Shown one piece after another: positions 1 through 10,177 of a DNA stretch of 58,239 bases. A model generated the notes under the pieces. The model did no database searches. It saw nothing but the letters and a program-made list of their open reading frames with translations, and was not told the origin of the DNA. The stretch spans positions 1 to 58,239 of the forward strand of contig JBKQVS010000065.1 in the NCBI GenBank assembly GCA_052139855.1. The letters run 5' to 3'. Position numbers and translations under genes: made by a program. Position 1 is the first letter of the stretch. Each line of letters starts with the position of its first letter. The DNA is from Desulfobaccales bacterium (GTDB lineage: Bacteria; Desulfobacterota; Desulfobaccia; Desulfobaccales; 0-14-0-80-60-11).

Positions 1-48
1 GGCCTTGGCCATTGGGCGGAAGGAGGAAGTTTCATAAATGCGGACGAG

Positions 49-378
49 ATGAAGGAGTATCAGCGGCGGTTGGAGATGGAGCTGGCGTTGGCGGCATTTA
101 CGCTGCGGATGCACACCAAGCTCACGGCGAACATGCACAAGGGCGGGCGCGCCAACTGGCAGCAGACGCAGGTGCATGAGTTGTTTTCGAGGTTAGACGA
201 AGAAGTGGCTGAACTGCAGGAGGCCAAGTTCAGTCCAGAGCGGGCGCACGACTTCGCCAAATACGCGGAAGCAATCGCCAATGAATGCGCGGACGTGGCG
301 AACTTCGCGATGATGATTTCGGATTGGTATCTGGAAAGAGCGAAACAAATACAAAAACAAAATGAAAGTACACGTTGA
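49..378 (+). CDS. Phage-like protein, MazG-like all-alpha NTP pyrophosphohydrolase fold
   Basis: LDEEVAEL...ECADVANFAMM matches the EExxE/ExxD pattern of MazG-like phage proteins; frame is open to the window edge. Confidence 0.6.
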   Translation: MKEYQRRLEMELALAAFTLRMHTKLTANMHKGGRANWQQTQVHELFSRLDEEVAELQEAKFSPERAHDFAKYAEAIANECADVANFAMMISDWYLERAKQIQKQNESTR

Positions 379-545
379 CATAGTGACGATCACGCCGGCC
401 AAGGCGGCAGAATACCTGGATAACCTGATGGACGGGCAGCGCAAGCTGCGCGAGTCGTGGGTGAAATCGCTGGCGGACGACATGCGGGCCGGCCGGTTCA
501 TATTGACGCCTGATGCCTTGGTGTTAATCAAGGGGAAGCTGGCTT
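362..545 (+). pseudogene. Truncated N-terminus of a phage ParB/Srx-like protein
   Basis: ITPAKAAEYL...QRKL...WVKSLADDMRAGRF...DALVLIKGKLA stops just before the expected (N/D)GQHRL motif; the rest of the ORF reads off-frame YihY sequence. Confidence 0.55.
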
Positions 546-551
546 GGCGCC

Positions 552-1181
552 GTGAGAACGATGATCGAGGCCGCCTACCGGCCGGGCACCGGCCTTGCGG
601 CCACTCTCATCGGCATCCTGGTCATCTTAATCGGCTCCACCAGCGCCCTGGTAATGCTCAAACATGCCCTTAACCTCATGTGGGGCGCCCGGCCCAACCC
701 CAAGGCCCCCGTCTGGAACCTCATTAAAGAGCGGTTGATGTCATTTGTCATGATCCTGGTCATCGGCCTCTTGTTGGCCCTCTCCCTGCTGCTCAGCCTC
801 ATCCTGTCATTTCTCACCGGGTTCATCCAGGACCTGGTTTCCGTGCCCGTCTTCTTTATTCAACTGGCCGACGTGGTCTTTTCCTTCCTCCTCATCACCC
901 TCCTCTTCGCCACGGTCTACAAAGTTCTCCCCGATGTGGACATCGCCTGGACTGATGTCTGGGTCGGGTCGGCCTTCACCGCCATCCTCTTTGCCCTGGG
1001 CAAATTCCTGTTCGGCATGTACCTGGCCCGCAGCACCATCAGTTCGGCTTACGGGGCCGCCAGCTCCCTGGCCATCATCCTCATGTGGGTCTATTATTCC
1101 GCCCAAATCTTTTTCATCGGCGCGGAATTAACCCGGGTTTACGCCAACCGCTATGGCTCCCGTGTCAAACCCCGGGCCTGA
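552..1181 (+). CDS. YihY/virulence factor BrkB family membrane protein, 5'-truncated
   Basis: LKHALNLMW, YKVLPD..IAWTDVWVG, YGAASSLAIILMWVYYSAQIFFIGAE; the usual N-terminal segment is absent. Confidence 0.85.
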   Translation: MRTMIEAAYRPGTGLAATLIGILVILIGSTSALVMLKHALNLMWGARPNPKAPVWNLIKERLMSFVMILVIGLLLALSLLLSLILSFLTGFIQDLVSVPVFFIQLADVVFSFLLITLLFATVYKVLPDVDIAWTDVWVGSAFTAILFALGKFLFGMYLARSTISSAYGAASSLAIILMWVYYSAQIFFIGAELTRVYANRYGSRVKPRA

Positions 1182-1361
1182 GCCGCGCCGGCGCCACGAC
1201 CTGAATTATCTCGAAATTGTAAGGTGAAATTGGCGCGGACCCGCGCCCTCATTGATCCCGCCTAAGCGGGTTTGGCATCGGCCGACTGGCCGTCCCCCAC
1301 TCCCGGGTCTAGGCAGGCTCCTTTTCAGGCCCCCGGGAGTGAGGCGGCTAATCCCTGGCGG

Positions 1362-1970
1362 TTACTCCTTGACCACGGTGGCCTTAAGAATGGTTACCGG
1401 CTCCTGGGGCACATTCTCGTAATCGCCCTTCGTGGTGGTGGCCACCCCCTTGATCTTATCCACCACTTCCTTGCCCTTGACTACCTTGCCGAACACCGCG
1501 TAACCCCATCCCTGGGGTGTCTTGGCGGTGTGGTTGAGAAAGGTGTTGTTGGCCACGCTGATGAAGAACTGCGCCGTGGCCGAATTCGGGTCGCCGGTCC
1601 GGGCCATGGCAACGGTGTAGGTATCATTGGTCAGGCCGTTGTCGGCCTCATTCTTGATGGGCGCCCGGGTCGCCTTCTTGCTCATCTGGGCATCCAGACC
1701 GCCCCCCTGGATCATAAACCCGGGGATGACCCGGTGGAAAATGGTGCCGTCATAAAATCCCGCTTTGACGTACTCCAGAAAATTGGCCGCGGTAACCGGA
1801 GCCTTGTCCGGATACAACTCCAGGGTGATGTCTCCCATGCTCGTTTCCAGCTTGACCAACGGATGACTCCTTTCTGCCCGGGCCCTCGCCCCGGCTCCCA
1901 AAATTAACCCAATCATGAGGCAGCCTGCCAGGATCAGCGTGCCGCGCCGTAACCCTCCGGTTATGCTCAT
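1362..1970 (-). CDS. ppiA: Periplasmic cyclophilin-type peptidyl-prolyl cis-trans isomerase
   Basis: [44 protein letters not shown]; signal peptide. Confidence 0.93.
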   Translation of the reverse strand: MSITGGLRRGTLILAGCLMIGLILGAGARARAERSHPLVKLETSMGDITLELYPDKAPVTAANFLEYVKAGFYDGTIFHRVIPGFMIQGGGLDAQMSKKATRAPIKNEADNGLTNDTYTVAMARTGDPNSATAQFFISVANNTFLNHTAKTPQGWGYAVFGKVVKGKEVVDKIKGVATTTKGDYENVPQEPVTILKATVVKE

Positions 1971-2144
1971 AATTCCTCCATCCTCATTGAGTTCCCCGAC
2001 CCTGCGCCACCCGGGCCGGGACCCGGATCATAACTCACTGCAGTTTAGCAAATCTGCGCCGACCGCGTAAAGGAAAACCGGCTGCCATGACTTGGCGCCT
2101 GGGATTGCCCCCATGATGCGATTGCGGCTCTCTGACCCAAAAGC

Positions 2145-2175
2145 CTGGTGACACAGGCGTCCCGCCTGTGCGGGC
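2145..2175. repeat. REP-like palindromic repeat, family A copy 1
   Basis: CTGGTGACACAGGCGTCCCGCCTGTGCGGGC; near-identical copies at 32741 and 50077. Confidence 0.75.
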
Positions 2176-2225
2176 CTAAACCTGAGTTTGCGATTACCGG
2201 AAACTTTTTAAATGCCGCTCGGGTA

Positions 2226-2711
2226 TTAGTAGACCTGATGCCCCGGTATCCGGGTCCACTCGGTGAGGAGCTGCCGGCATTCGTCTGCCAGAAAGCCGGG
2301 GTAAATCGCCACCCGGCTCCGGCCCAGTTCCTGCATCTGCCGATTACCGAGGCTGAGTTCGTTGAAGCCCAGCCGCGCCACCTCACCGATACTGGTGCCA
2401 TAGATGAGCCGGTCGATGCGGGCCCAGTGGATCGCCGCAAAGCACATGGGGCAGGGTTCGGTGGTGGAGTAGATTTCGCAGCCCGACAGGTCGTAGCGCT
2501 TCAGCCTCTGCGCCGCCACGCGGATGGCGTTTATTTCCCCGTGGCAGGTAGGGTCCAGGTCTTTGAGCACCGTGTTATGGGCCACGGCCATAACTTCATC
2601 CCCCCGCACCAGGCAAACCCCGAAGGGGCCGCCCTCCAGCGCCGCCAGATGCGCCAGGGCCTCATCGATGGCCCGGCGCATAAAAACCGGGTTAGGTTCG
2701 GAGAACTTCAT
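2226..2711 (-). CDS. Zn-dependent nucleoside/guanine deaminase (CDA superfamily)
   Basis: GGPFG, DPTCHGEINAIR (HxE), EPCPMCFAAIHWAR (PCxxC). Confidence 0.9.
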   Translation of the reverse strand: MKFSEPNPVFMRRAIDEALAHLAALEGGPFGVCLVRGDEVMAVAHNTVLKDLDPTCHGEINAIRVAAQRLKRYDLSGCEIYSTTEPCPMCFAAIHWARIDRLIYGTSIGEVARLGFNELSLGNRQMQELGRSRVAIYPGFLADECRQLLTEWTRIPGHQVY

Positions 2712-2903
2712 AAGCCACCGGAATTCCCCAGTTCAAAGTTAAGGCCTCCGCGCCGCAACTTCAAGTCGAGAGGCCATAGGGCGGGAAAGCCTGGCGCATC
2801 CCGTCTTTAGCATTATTCCATCTCTATACTGCAAACTTTTTCAACTTGTCCCCAACCTCAGCCATGCAGGCTGCGCACCGCCCCCCTTCAAATGCTGATA
2901 TCC

Positions 2904-5504
2904 TTACCCCGGCCCGCCCACCACCGCCAGCTTTTCCAGGTCCCGGATAAATTTCTCGGCATAATGCTGGACGTCCGCCTCGTTGAGCATGATCATGTCC
3001 AGCTGCCGGGTGTGGATCGTCAGGTACCCCAGGATGCGCAGCCGGGAAAGCATGTAGTCTTTGGCCTCCGCTTCCAGGCGGGCGAACAGGGCGTCCTCCT
3101 TGACATCCACCTTAAAATGATACCTCTCCAGGATTTCCCCCACGAATTTGGTCCGCATGATCCGGCGCGGGTAATCCGCCGCCCCGCCCTTGAACGCGAA
3201 CCGGATGTAGTTCTCGAAGGCCTGGTCCCCCACCAGCGCCTCCACCGTGGAAAAGTGAAAGCCCAGGCGCGAGGTCAGGTTGCAGAAATCCCGGGCGATC
3301 ATGAAGTAGTTGGTGTTGCCGAACATGGTGCCCCCCGCCGCGGCCAGGTTGGGGTCCGTAGCCGCCCCCATGACGATGGACATGAAGCCCAGGGTGTCCA
3401 CCGGCGGCGGCCCTTCCCAGGGCACCGCGGTGATTCCCTCCCACAGCGCCAGCATGGGCGCCGAGGCAATATTGCTCAGTTCCACCTGCGGCTCCGCCAC
3501 TTCTGCCTTGAACCCGTCCTCCAGGTTCAGGACCCACCATTCCAGGGCCACCGGCGTCACCAGTTTCTTGATGAAATATCGGGAGAACGCCTGCTTCTTG
3601 TCAAAGGCGAACATCTCCTTGACCGAAACCTCGTGCGCGAAGCGCGTAATATCATGGAGGGTGCGGCAGCCCTGGGACTTGAAGTCGGGCGCCTCCGGGT
3701 TGGTAAGGTGTAGCGGCGTGATCCAGGTCATGACCTCTTTCAGCGTCTCCCCCACCGGGGTGCCGGCCATGAGCCCCTCTTGGGGGCCGGCCAGGACCAG
3801 GATCTCCTCCACCCGGCCCTCGTAAACCGCCAGGCCGTCGGCGTCCACCGTCACTATCTGGCCGGGCGTCAGCCTGGCCGTGGCCTCCCCGGTGTTGAAC
3901 AGCGCCGGGATGCCGAACTCCCGGGCCACGTTGGCCAGGTGCCCGGTGATCCCGCCTCGGTCGGTGACGATGGCCACCGCCCGGCTCAAGAGCGGCGCCC
4001 ACCCGGGATGCGGGAAGGCCGTCACCAGAACCGCCCCCGCCGGGAATTGCAGCAGGTCCAGGTTGCTTTTGACCACCGCGACCGGTCCTGCCGCCACCCC
4101 CGGGCCGGCCAATTCGCCGCCCTTCAGGAGCACGGCATGCTCCCCGGCCCTCACCTCGGCGCTGTCGCTCCGGGGGGCCGCCATCTGCTTCAAGGGCCGG
4201 CTCTGTAGGATAAAAATGCGCCCTACCCCATCGATACACCACTCAATATCCTGGGGCCCTTTAAAATGAGACTCCAGCTTAAGCGCGATCCGGGCCAGTT
4301 CCAGGGCCTGCTCATCCGTCAGCGCCGCCTCACGCCCCTGGGCATCGGCTTGCATCCGCACCCCTTCCTCCGGGAGGCACACGGCTTTCTGTTCCTTGTC
4401 CCGAATCTCCCGCTTGAGGATCGTCAGGGGCTCCCCCCGGGAGATGACCCACAAATCCGGGCTGACCGTCCCGTCCACCACCGATTTGGCCAGCCCGTGC
4501 ACCGCATTGAGCCAGATGGCGTCGCCGCGGCTGTCGGTGGGATCCCGGGAATACATCACCCCCCCGCAGACGGAATCCACCATGGCCATGCACCCCACGC
4601 ACATAGCCACGTCTTCGTCCCTGAGCCCCTTGTGCAACCGGTAGCTCACCGCGGTCAGGGCGTATTTGCTGGCCAACACCTCCTTATACACCCCGTGGAG
4701 GTTGGCCTCGCTGACGTTGAGTTCCGAATGGTACTGCCCGGCAAACGATGTATCCGCCGCGTCCTCGCCGATGGCGCTGGAGCGCAGGGCCACCTTCACG
4801 GCCCCCCCGGCCGCGCCCGCCAGGTCCCCATAGGCCCGGGAGATCGCCTCGGCCAACTCCGGCGGCAGGTCCGCCCCGATGATGAGCATCTGGATTTCCG
4901 AGCTCTGCCGGTGCAGGTCCGCCATCTCCTCTCCTTCCATGGATTGGAGACGCCGGTTGATCTCATCCGTCAGGTGGTTGTGGGTCAGAAACCGCTCATA
5001 CGCCGCCGCCGTGATGGCAAACCCCGGGGGCACTGCGATCTCCGGCAACTCCCCGGTGATCTCTCCCAGGTTGGCCATTTTACTGCCCACCCCGTCCGCC
5101 ATCTCCCGGCGCACTTCCCTAAGGGGCAGCAGCAGTTCCGTAATCGTCGGCCCCTGCCTCTGCCTCAGGGTGGCGTCGATCTTTCTTTCAATATCCGTGA
5201 AGACCGTCTCCAACCCCCGGTACCGGTTGCCGGTCAATTCATTCAGGTATTTGATGATGTTGAAGACGTTGACGCACGTCGCCGTGGCGTGGGACCGAAT
5301 GAAGGTCATGCCGAAACTGTGCTTGCTCCTCAGGGCCGCCTCCATGTCGGTCATGAGTTGCAACGCGGTGTTGTTGGCGGCGAGCAACAGCTTGAAGGCG
5401 TGATAGCGGGCCTTGAAGGCCGCCCGCAGTTCTTCTATGGAGAGCGCCGGTTCAGGTTCTCCCCCGCCAAACAGACTCTTTAGTCTTTGGAACAGGTTGG
5501 CCAT
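2904..5504 (-). CDS. PEP-synthase-like dikinase, paralog 1 (ATP-grasp + phospho-His domain + non-canonical C-terminal domain)
   Basis: GSKMANLGE, VALRSSAIGED..SFAGQY, PQDIEW, ILQSRPL, TGHLANVAREFGIP; start set at MANLFQRL. Confidence 0.85.
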   Translation of the reverse strand: MANLFQRLKSLFGGGEPEPALSIEELRAAFKARYHAFKLLLAANNTALQLMTDMEAALRSKHSFGMTFIRSHATATCVNVFNIIKYLNELTGNRYRGLETVFTDIERKIDATLRQRQGPTITELLLPLREVRREMADGVGSKMANLGEITGELPEIAVPPGFAITAAAYERFLTHNHLTDEINRRLQSMEGEEMADLHRQSSEIQMLIIGADLPPELAEAISRAYGDLAGAAGGAVKVALRSSAIGEDAADTSFAGQYHSELNVSEANLHGVYKEVLASKYALTAVSYRLHKGLRDEDVAMCVGCMAMVDSVCGGVMYSRDPTDSRGDAIWLNAVHGLAKSVVDGTVSPDLWVISRGEPLTILKREIRDKEQKAVCLPEEGVRMQADAQGREAALTDEQALELARIALKLESHFKGPQDIEWCIDGVGRIFILQSRPLKQMAAPRSDSAEVRAGEHAVLLKGGELAGPGVAAGPVAVVKSNLDLLQFPAGAVLVTAFPHPGWAPLLSRAVAIVTDRGGITGHLANVAREFGIPALFNTGEATARLTPGQIVTVDADGLAVYEGRVEEILVLAGPQEGLMAGTPVGETLKEVMTWITPLHLTNPEAPDFKSQGCRTLHDITRFAHEVSVKEMFAFDKKQAFSRYFIKKLVTPVALEWWVLNLEDGFKAEVAEPQVELSNIASAPMLALWEGITAVPWEGPPPVDTLGFMSIVMGAATDPNLAAAGGTMFGNTNYFMIARDFCNLTSRLGFHFSTVEALVGDQAFENYIRFAFKGGAADYPRRIMRTKFVGEILERYHFKVDVKEDALFARLEAEAKDYMLSRLRILGYLTIHTRQLDMIMLNEADVQHYAEKFIRDLEKLAVVGGPG

Positions 5505-5637
5505 ACGCTCTATCTGAGCCCGGTCAGCATCACGCGGTCCCGGTCCTTCTCCCTGCGCCTGGTCCCGGCACAACCAGGCAGGGATATGTTTGGCGGCGGC
5601 CCTTATGTCCCATCGGAGGTCAATCCGCCCTTCTGCT

Positions 5638-6051
5638 TTACCCGGTTCTCTCCCGGACCGGGACCCCCTCCGGGTAATACTTCCCGATCACCTCGGCCAC
5701 CACCGCCTTCAACCGGTCCGTATCCCCCTTCTTTTCCAGGAACGCCGCGCCGATGGGCAACATCAGGTTGGTGGGATATTCCGGCAGAAAGGTGTGGATC
5801 ACCACCGGCAGGGGCGGTTGGCGATCCTTCAGCCTGGCCCACACCTCCGGTTCATCCAGGTAAGGGATCTCCAGGTCCAGGATGAGCAGATGGGGCGGAT
5901 CATCGCCATCGATCCGCCCCAACACCTCCCGGCCGTCCCTGGCCACTTCCACCTCGTAGCCCTCCGCGGTCAACTCCCGTCTAAGGAGATCCCGCACATG
6001 CCGGTTGCGATCTGCAATTAAGATCTTGCAGGTTTTGGCCACGAAGCTCAC
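5638..6051 (-). CDS. Stand-alone response regulator receiver domain
   Basis: KILIADRN, LLILDLEIP, LPVVIHT, FLEK. Confidence 0.85.
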   Translation of the reverse strand: MSFVAKTCKILIADRNRHVRDLLRRELTAEGYEVEVARDGREVLGRIDGDDPPHLLILDLEIPYLDEPEVWARLKDRQPPLPVVIHTFLPEYPTNLMLPIGAAFLEKKGDTDRLKAVVAEVIGKYYPEGVPVRERTG

Positions 6052-6068
6052 CCCTCGCCTAGGAACTG

Positions 6069-6085
6069 AGCAACCGCCGTGCCAA
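6069..6085 (-). promoter_or_regulatory. Sigma-54 -24/-12 promoter
   Basis: Minus strand TTGGCACGGCGGTTGCT (GG-N10-GC consensus) just upstream of the 6051 start. Confidence 0.85.
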
Positions 6086-6109
6086 GGCCGGGGAAAAAGC
6101 CCGAGTTGA

Positions 6110-6122
6110 TAACCAATTGATT
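6110..6122 (-). promoter_or_regulatory. IHF binding site
   Basis: Minus strand AATCAATTGGTTA = WATCAANNNNTTR, between promoter and upstream motif. Confidence 0.65.
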
Positions 6123-6177
6123 TAACTTTGATTACAGGAAAGCCGGAGAAAAGGGCTTGATGGCCCGCCGTGCAGGG

Positions 6178-6206
6178 CTGTCGTTATTTTTTACAGTTTG
6201 TAAAGG
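6178..6206. promoter_or_regulatory. Putative enhancer (UAS) for a sigma-54 activator, copy 1
   Basis: CTGTCGTTATTTTTTACAGTTTGTAAAGG; conserved at 12923 and 22332. Confidence 0.75.
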
Positions 6207-6278
6207 CTCGGGGAACAACCAGGCCGGCGAAGCGCCACCGCGGCAGGGCCGGTGTTGATAGATTCATATTGCCCAACA

Positions 6279-6326
6279 CTCAGTCCTCACTCCTCACTGC
6301 TTACAGCTTACCGCTCACTGCTCACT
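6279..6326. repeat. Degenerate heptamer tandem repeat (CTCACTG-like)
   Basis: ctcagtc-ctcactc-ctcactg-cttacag-cttaccg-ctcactg-ctcact, overlapping the NtrC-family stop codon. Confidence 0.6.
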
Positions 6327-7751
6327 TTTTACCGAAGTCTCCACCCTGAGCCGGTATTTATCGATCTTGGACAAAAGCGTCGGCCGGGAAATGCCCAGGA
6401 GCTTGGCGGCCCGGCTGCGATTGCCGCCCGTCAGGTCCAGGGCCTCGCTGATGATCAGACTGGCAAAGCGGTCCATGCACGCCTCAAACACGTCCTTGCC
6501 TTCCCCCGCCGCCAGGGTTTGCCGCACCCACTGCCTGACAATCTCGTCCGCCTGCTGTTCTCCCGTCTCCTTCGCCAGACTTTCGCCGCCGATGGCCCGG
6601 GAGACGTCCTCCGGGTGAATGGGATACCCCCGGCTGAAGATCAACGCCTTTTGCATGGCGTTGGCCAGTTCCCGCACATTTCCGGGCCATTGATAGTTCT
6701 GGAGCAGCAGCCTGGCCTCTGCCGTCGTGCCAGGATTGCCCATGCCCATTTCCTTGGCAAACCGGGCCAGAAAATACTCCGCCAGCAACGTGATATCCTG
6801 GGACCGCTCCTTCAGCGGCGGCAGCCACACGGTGACCACCTTGAGGCGGTAATACAAATCCTCCCGGAACCGTCCCTGGGCCAGGGCCGTTTCCAGGTCC
6901 CGGTTGGTGGCCGCGATGATCCGCACGTCCACCGGTATCGGTTCCCGGCCCCCCAACCGTTCAATGCTCCGCTCCTGGAGCAGTCTGAGGATCTTGGCCT
7001 GAATGGAAAACGGCATGTCCCCGATTTCATCCAGGAACACGGTGCCCCCGTGGGCCTGCTCGAACTTCCCCACCCGGCGGTTGACCGCCCCGGTAAAGGC
7101 CCCCTTCTCATAGCCGAACAGCTCGGACTCCAACAAGGTCTCGGGAATGGCCACGCAGTTGATGATCAGAAAGGGTTTGGCCGACCTCAGGCTGTGCTGA
7201 TAAATGGCCCGGGCCACCAGTTCCTTGCCGGTGCCCGAATCCCCCCGGATCAGCACCGTGGCGTCCGTGGGCGCCACCCGGCCGATGGCCTTATACACCT
7301 CCTGCATGGGTTTGCTGCGGCCGATGATAGCCTCCGCCGCGGCCGTATCCGGCGCCACGTCCAGCTCCACCCGGGAGCGCATACACCGCCCCGCCTCCAG
7401 GGCCTGGCTGATCAGCCCCAGGATGTCCTGGAAATCTCCCAGGGGCTTGAGCACGTATTCGAAGGCCCCCAGCTTGGTGGCCTCGATGGCCGTCTCGGTA
7501 GTGCCGTAGGCCGTCATGATGATCACCGGCAGCTTGGGCTCCATTTCGTGCATGGCCCGGAAGGCCTCTAGGCCGCTCATCCCCGGCATGCGGATATCCA
7601 TGATCACCAGGTCCGGGACTGCCGCCTCCACCAGAGCAATGGCTGCTTCCCCGCTGGACGCGGTCTTCACCGTATGCCCGTCTCCGGTCAGGATTTTCTC
7701 AAAGCTTTGCCTAATCTGCGGATCGTCATCAACGATCAGGATGTGGCCCAT
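6315..7751 (-). CDS. NtrC-family sigma-54-dependent response regulator
   Basis: Receiver, [29 protein letters not shown], Fis-type HTH. Confidence 0.96.
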   Translation of the reverse strand: MGHILIVDDDPQIRQSFEKILTGDGHTVKTASSGEAAIALVEAAVPDLVIMDIRMPGMSGLEAFRAMHEMEPKLPVIIMTAYGTTETAIEATKLGAFEYVLKPLGDFQDILGLISQALEAGRCMRSRVELDVAPDTAAAEAIIGRSKPMQEVYKAIGRVAPTDATVLIRGDSGTGKELVARAIYQHSLRSAKPFLIINCVAIPETLLESELFGYEKGAFTGAVNRRVGKFEQAHGGTVFLDEIGDMPFSIQAKILRLLQERSIERLGGREPIPVDVRIIAATNRDLETALAQGRFREDLYYRLKVVTVWLPPLKERSQDITLLAEYFLARFAKEMGMGNPGTTAEARLLLQNYQWPGNVRELANAMQKALIFSRGYPIHPEDVSRAIGGESLAKETGEQQADEIVRQWVRQTLAAGEGKDVFEACMDRFASLIISEALDLTGGNRSRAAKLLGISRPTLLSKIDKYRLRVETSVKSEQ

Positions 7752-9220
7752 GATTCATCTTTCCCCAGGGGCAGCGTAATGACGAACGTCGCCCCCTTTT
7801 TCGCCTTGGATTCCAGTTCCAGCCGCCCCCCGTGCTCTTCGATGATCCGGCTGGCAATGCTCAGGCCCAGCCCCGTGCCTTCTTCCTTGGTGCTGAAAAA
7901 GGGTTGAAAGACCTTGTCCCGGACCGACTCGGGGATGCCGGGACCATTGTCACTCACCCGGATAACCGCCGCCGGCCCCAGGGGCGCCTCGCCCTTCTCC
8001 TCTTCCCGGATGGTGATGACACCCCCGTTCACCACGACTTCGCAGGCGTTGAGCACCAGATTGACCAAAACTTCCTTCAACTGGTCCGGGTCGGCCCAAA
8101 TCTCCGGCAGCCGGTCTTTCCGGATCAGCTTCACCTCCACCCCGTAAGATTCCAGCCGGTACCGCAGCAATACCAGGGCCATATCCACCACCGCCGACGG
8201 GCTGATCTGCTGCATCTTTAGCTTGGGCGGCCGGGAAAACTCCAGAAAGTTGCGCACAATCGTATCAATATGCCGGATTTCCTCGGAAATCACCTCGAAA
8301 TCTTCCTGCTGGGACTGCGACATGGCCAGGGAGCGCTTCAGGGAAAAAAGCCGCATGTTCACCGAAGTCAGGGGATTGCGGATACTGTGGGCCACCCCCG
8401 CCGCCAGCTTCCCCACCATGGCCCACTTCCCCGATTGCAGCAGATGTTCCTGGCTGCGCGTCAGCTCCGTCTGAGCCTGGTCCACGTCCTCGATCAGGCT
8501 GTGCATCCGGCTGCTCAGGGCCTTTACTTCATCCGGCACCTGGGCGCCCGGCGTCGCCGGCGCGGCCGAAAGGGCCAGCTGGCGGATCGGCCCCAGGATC
8601 TGTTTGATCAGGATATACGCCAGCAACACCCCCAGGACCGCCGCCGCCGGCACCGCCACCAGGGCAAAGGCGTTGATGAACCTGGCCCGGGCCCGGCTCT
8701 CCGTCCGCTCCCGGGAGATGGCGTATTCATGGGCCACTTTATACCGTTGGCAGAGATTGAGAATCTCCCCGTACTGGTGGCGGATTTCCCCGTGCAGTTT
8801 GGCTCCCGCCTCCCGCTTGCCCCCCCGGTAGAGGGCGATCACCCGTTCCCGGGCCATAACATATTGATGATACTGCCCGTCAATCTGAGCGATAATTTCT
8901 CGCATGGCCTCGGTGTACGCCGATTTCCTGGCCTTTTCCAGCCAGTCCTCGAAGGTGCGGTTGTACCGCTCGATTTCCTTGAGCCACTCGGGATTGCCAT
9001 CCAGAAAATAATAAGTCAGGTACCCCCGCTGTTGCAAAAGCGCGGTCTGCAGCTCTTCCGCCGCATGGTAGGAAGCCACGTTTTTTTCCATCAACGAGGT
9101 GAGCAGGAAATCCGTGGCCTCATTGTGCCACAGGGTCACCAGGCCGCCGCCGATGGTGGTGAGCACCAGGGCAATCAGGAGTATCAGGATGCGGGCCCGC
9201 AGGCTGAGGCGCTTCCACAT
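7736..9220 (-). CDS. Membrane sensor histidine kinase (periplasmic four-helix-bundle sensor)
   Basis: Two TM helices, AHSIRNPL H-box, N/G1/F/G2 boxes. Confidence 0.93.
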   Translation of the reverse strand: MWKRLSLRARILILLIALVLTTIGGGLVTLWHNEATDFLLTSLMEKNVASYHAAEELQTALLQQRGYLTYYFLDGNPEWLKEIERYNRTFEDWLEKARKSAYTEAMREIIAQIDGQYHQYVMARERVIALYRGGKREAGAKLHGEIRHQYGEILNLCQRYKVAHEYAISRERTESRARARFINAFALVAVPAAAVLGVLLAYILIKQILGPIRQLALSAAPATPGAQVPDEVKALSSRMHSLIEDVDQAQTELTRSQEHLLQSGKWAMVGKLAAGVAHSIRNPLTSVNMRLFSLKRSLAMSQSQQEDFEVISEEIRHIDTIVRNFLEFSRPPKLKMQQISPSAVVDMALVLLRYRLESYGVEVKLIRKDRLPEIWADPDQLKEVLVNLVLNACEVVVNGGVITIREEEKGEAPLGPAAVIRVSDNGPGIPESVRDKVFQPFFSTKEEGTGLGLSIASRIIEEHGGRLELESKAKKGATFVITLPLGKDESWATS

Positions 9221-9243
9221 ATGCTTGCCAAAACTCCTTGAGG

Positions 9244-10029
9244 TCAGACCCGGGAGACCAGGTATCCCACCTTAATCTCCTGGTCGCCGGTTACCTGGGC
9301 CACGGAAACCCTTCGGTTGGAGGCCTCCACGGTGCCCGTCCCCACCTGCCGGCCCCCTTCATCATGAATGGCGACCCCGGCCCCGGGACTTATCCCCTGC
9401 GCCGTCCCCAGAGCAAAACGTATCTCATAGCCGCCGTCCCCCCTGGTCACCCGGTAGACTTCCGCCCGGCCGGTTGCCGCCAGCAGCGCCTCCCGCTTCC
9501 CGGACAACCAATAGACCGCCCCAAAAGCCAGCAAAATCCCCGGCAGGAAGCCCGCCGCCACGGTGAAGGCCGAAATCCCGAACCAGCGCCGGATCAGCGA
9601 AGTTGAGCTTTTCTGGAGGCTGAGCGCCTCCGGGAAGACCAGAATGCGGAAGGCCGGCGCCTTCCGGGGCGAAGCCGTTCTCTTGGGGAGCACCGCCAGG
9701 TTGTATTCCCCCGGGGCGATGCCCGGGCCGACCATCAGCCGCCCCCGCCACATATCTCCCCCCAGAAAATAGCCCTTGTGAATCGCCTCGAAAATCACCT
9801 TAAGCTGGTCCGAACTGCTCGTAAAGGTCAAATCCTGGACCCCGTGGGCCTCGTCGGTCAACTCCCCGTTCATTTCGACGCTCGCCCCCGGCAGCACCTT
9901 AACCAGGTTCGCCGGTTCCCGGAAATGCACCAGCAGGCCATCCACCAGGACCAGCAAGGCAATCACGCAGAAGGCGGCCCCGATCTTACTGGCCAGGTCC
10001 CGCCGCTGATTTACCCGCTCTAAATCCAT
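9244..10029 (-). CDS. Hypothetical membrane protein (2 TM)
   Basis: Long ORF, two hydrophobic segments, in line with the cluster; start set at MDLERV. Confidence 0.7.
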   Translation of the reverse strand: MDLERVNQRRDLASKIGAAFCVIALLVLVDGLLVHFREPANLVKVLPGASVEMNGELTDEAHGVQDLTFTSSSDQLKVIFEAIHKGYFLGGDMWRGRLMVGPGIAPGEYNLAVLPKRTASPRKAPAFRILVFPEALSLQKSSTSLIRRWFGISAFTVAAGFLPGILLAFGAVYWLSGKREALLAATGRAEVYRVTRGDGGYEIRFALGTAQGISPGAGVAIHDEGGRQVGTGTVEASNRRVSVAQVTGDQEIKVGYLVSRV

Positions 10030-10105
10030 CCATCCTTCCCGGTTCCACGCCGCTTTTACCAGCGCCTGTCGTGATGGCAACTCCTTTCTTTTACCACAAA
10101 AATAA

Positions 10106-10151
10106 GAGAATCGCCCGGGGTTTACGCTTATCTTACCCCAGGGCGACTCTC
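10106..10151 (-). terminator. Putative intrinsic terminator after the DUF4881-type gene
   Basis: GAGAATCGCCCGGGG...CCCCAGGGCGACTCTC stem followed by TTATTTTT on the minus strand. Confidence 0.55.
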
Positions 10152-10177
10152 TCGTTGCCTGAGCCCAGGCCGGGAAC

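Noticed and set aside
362-673. 103-aa ORF as an intact gene
   Set aside because: After ~545 it is an off-frame reading of the yihY sequence.
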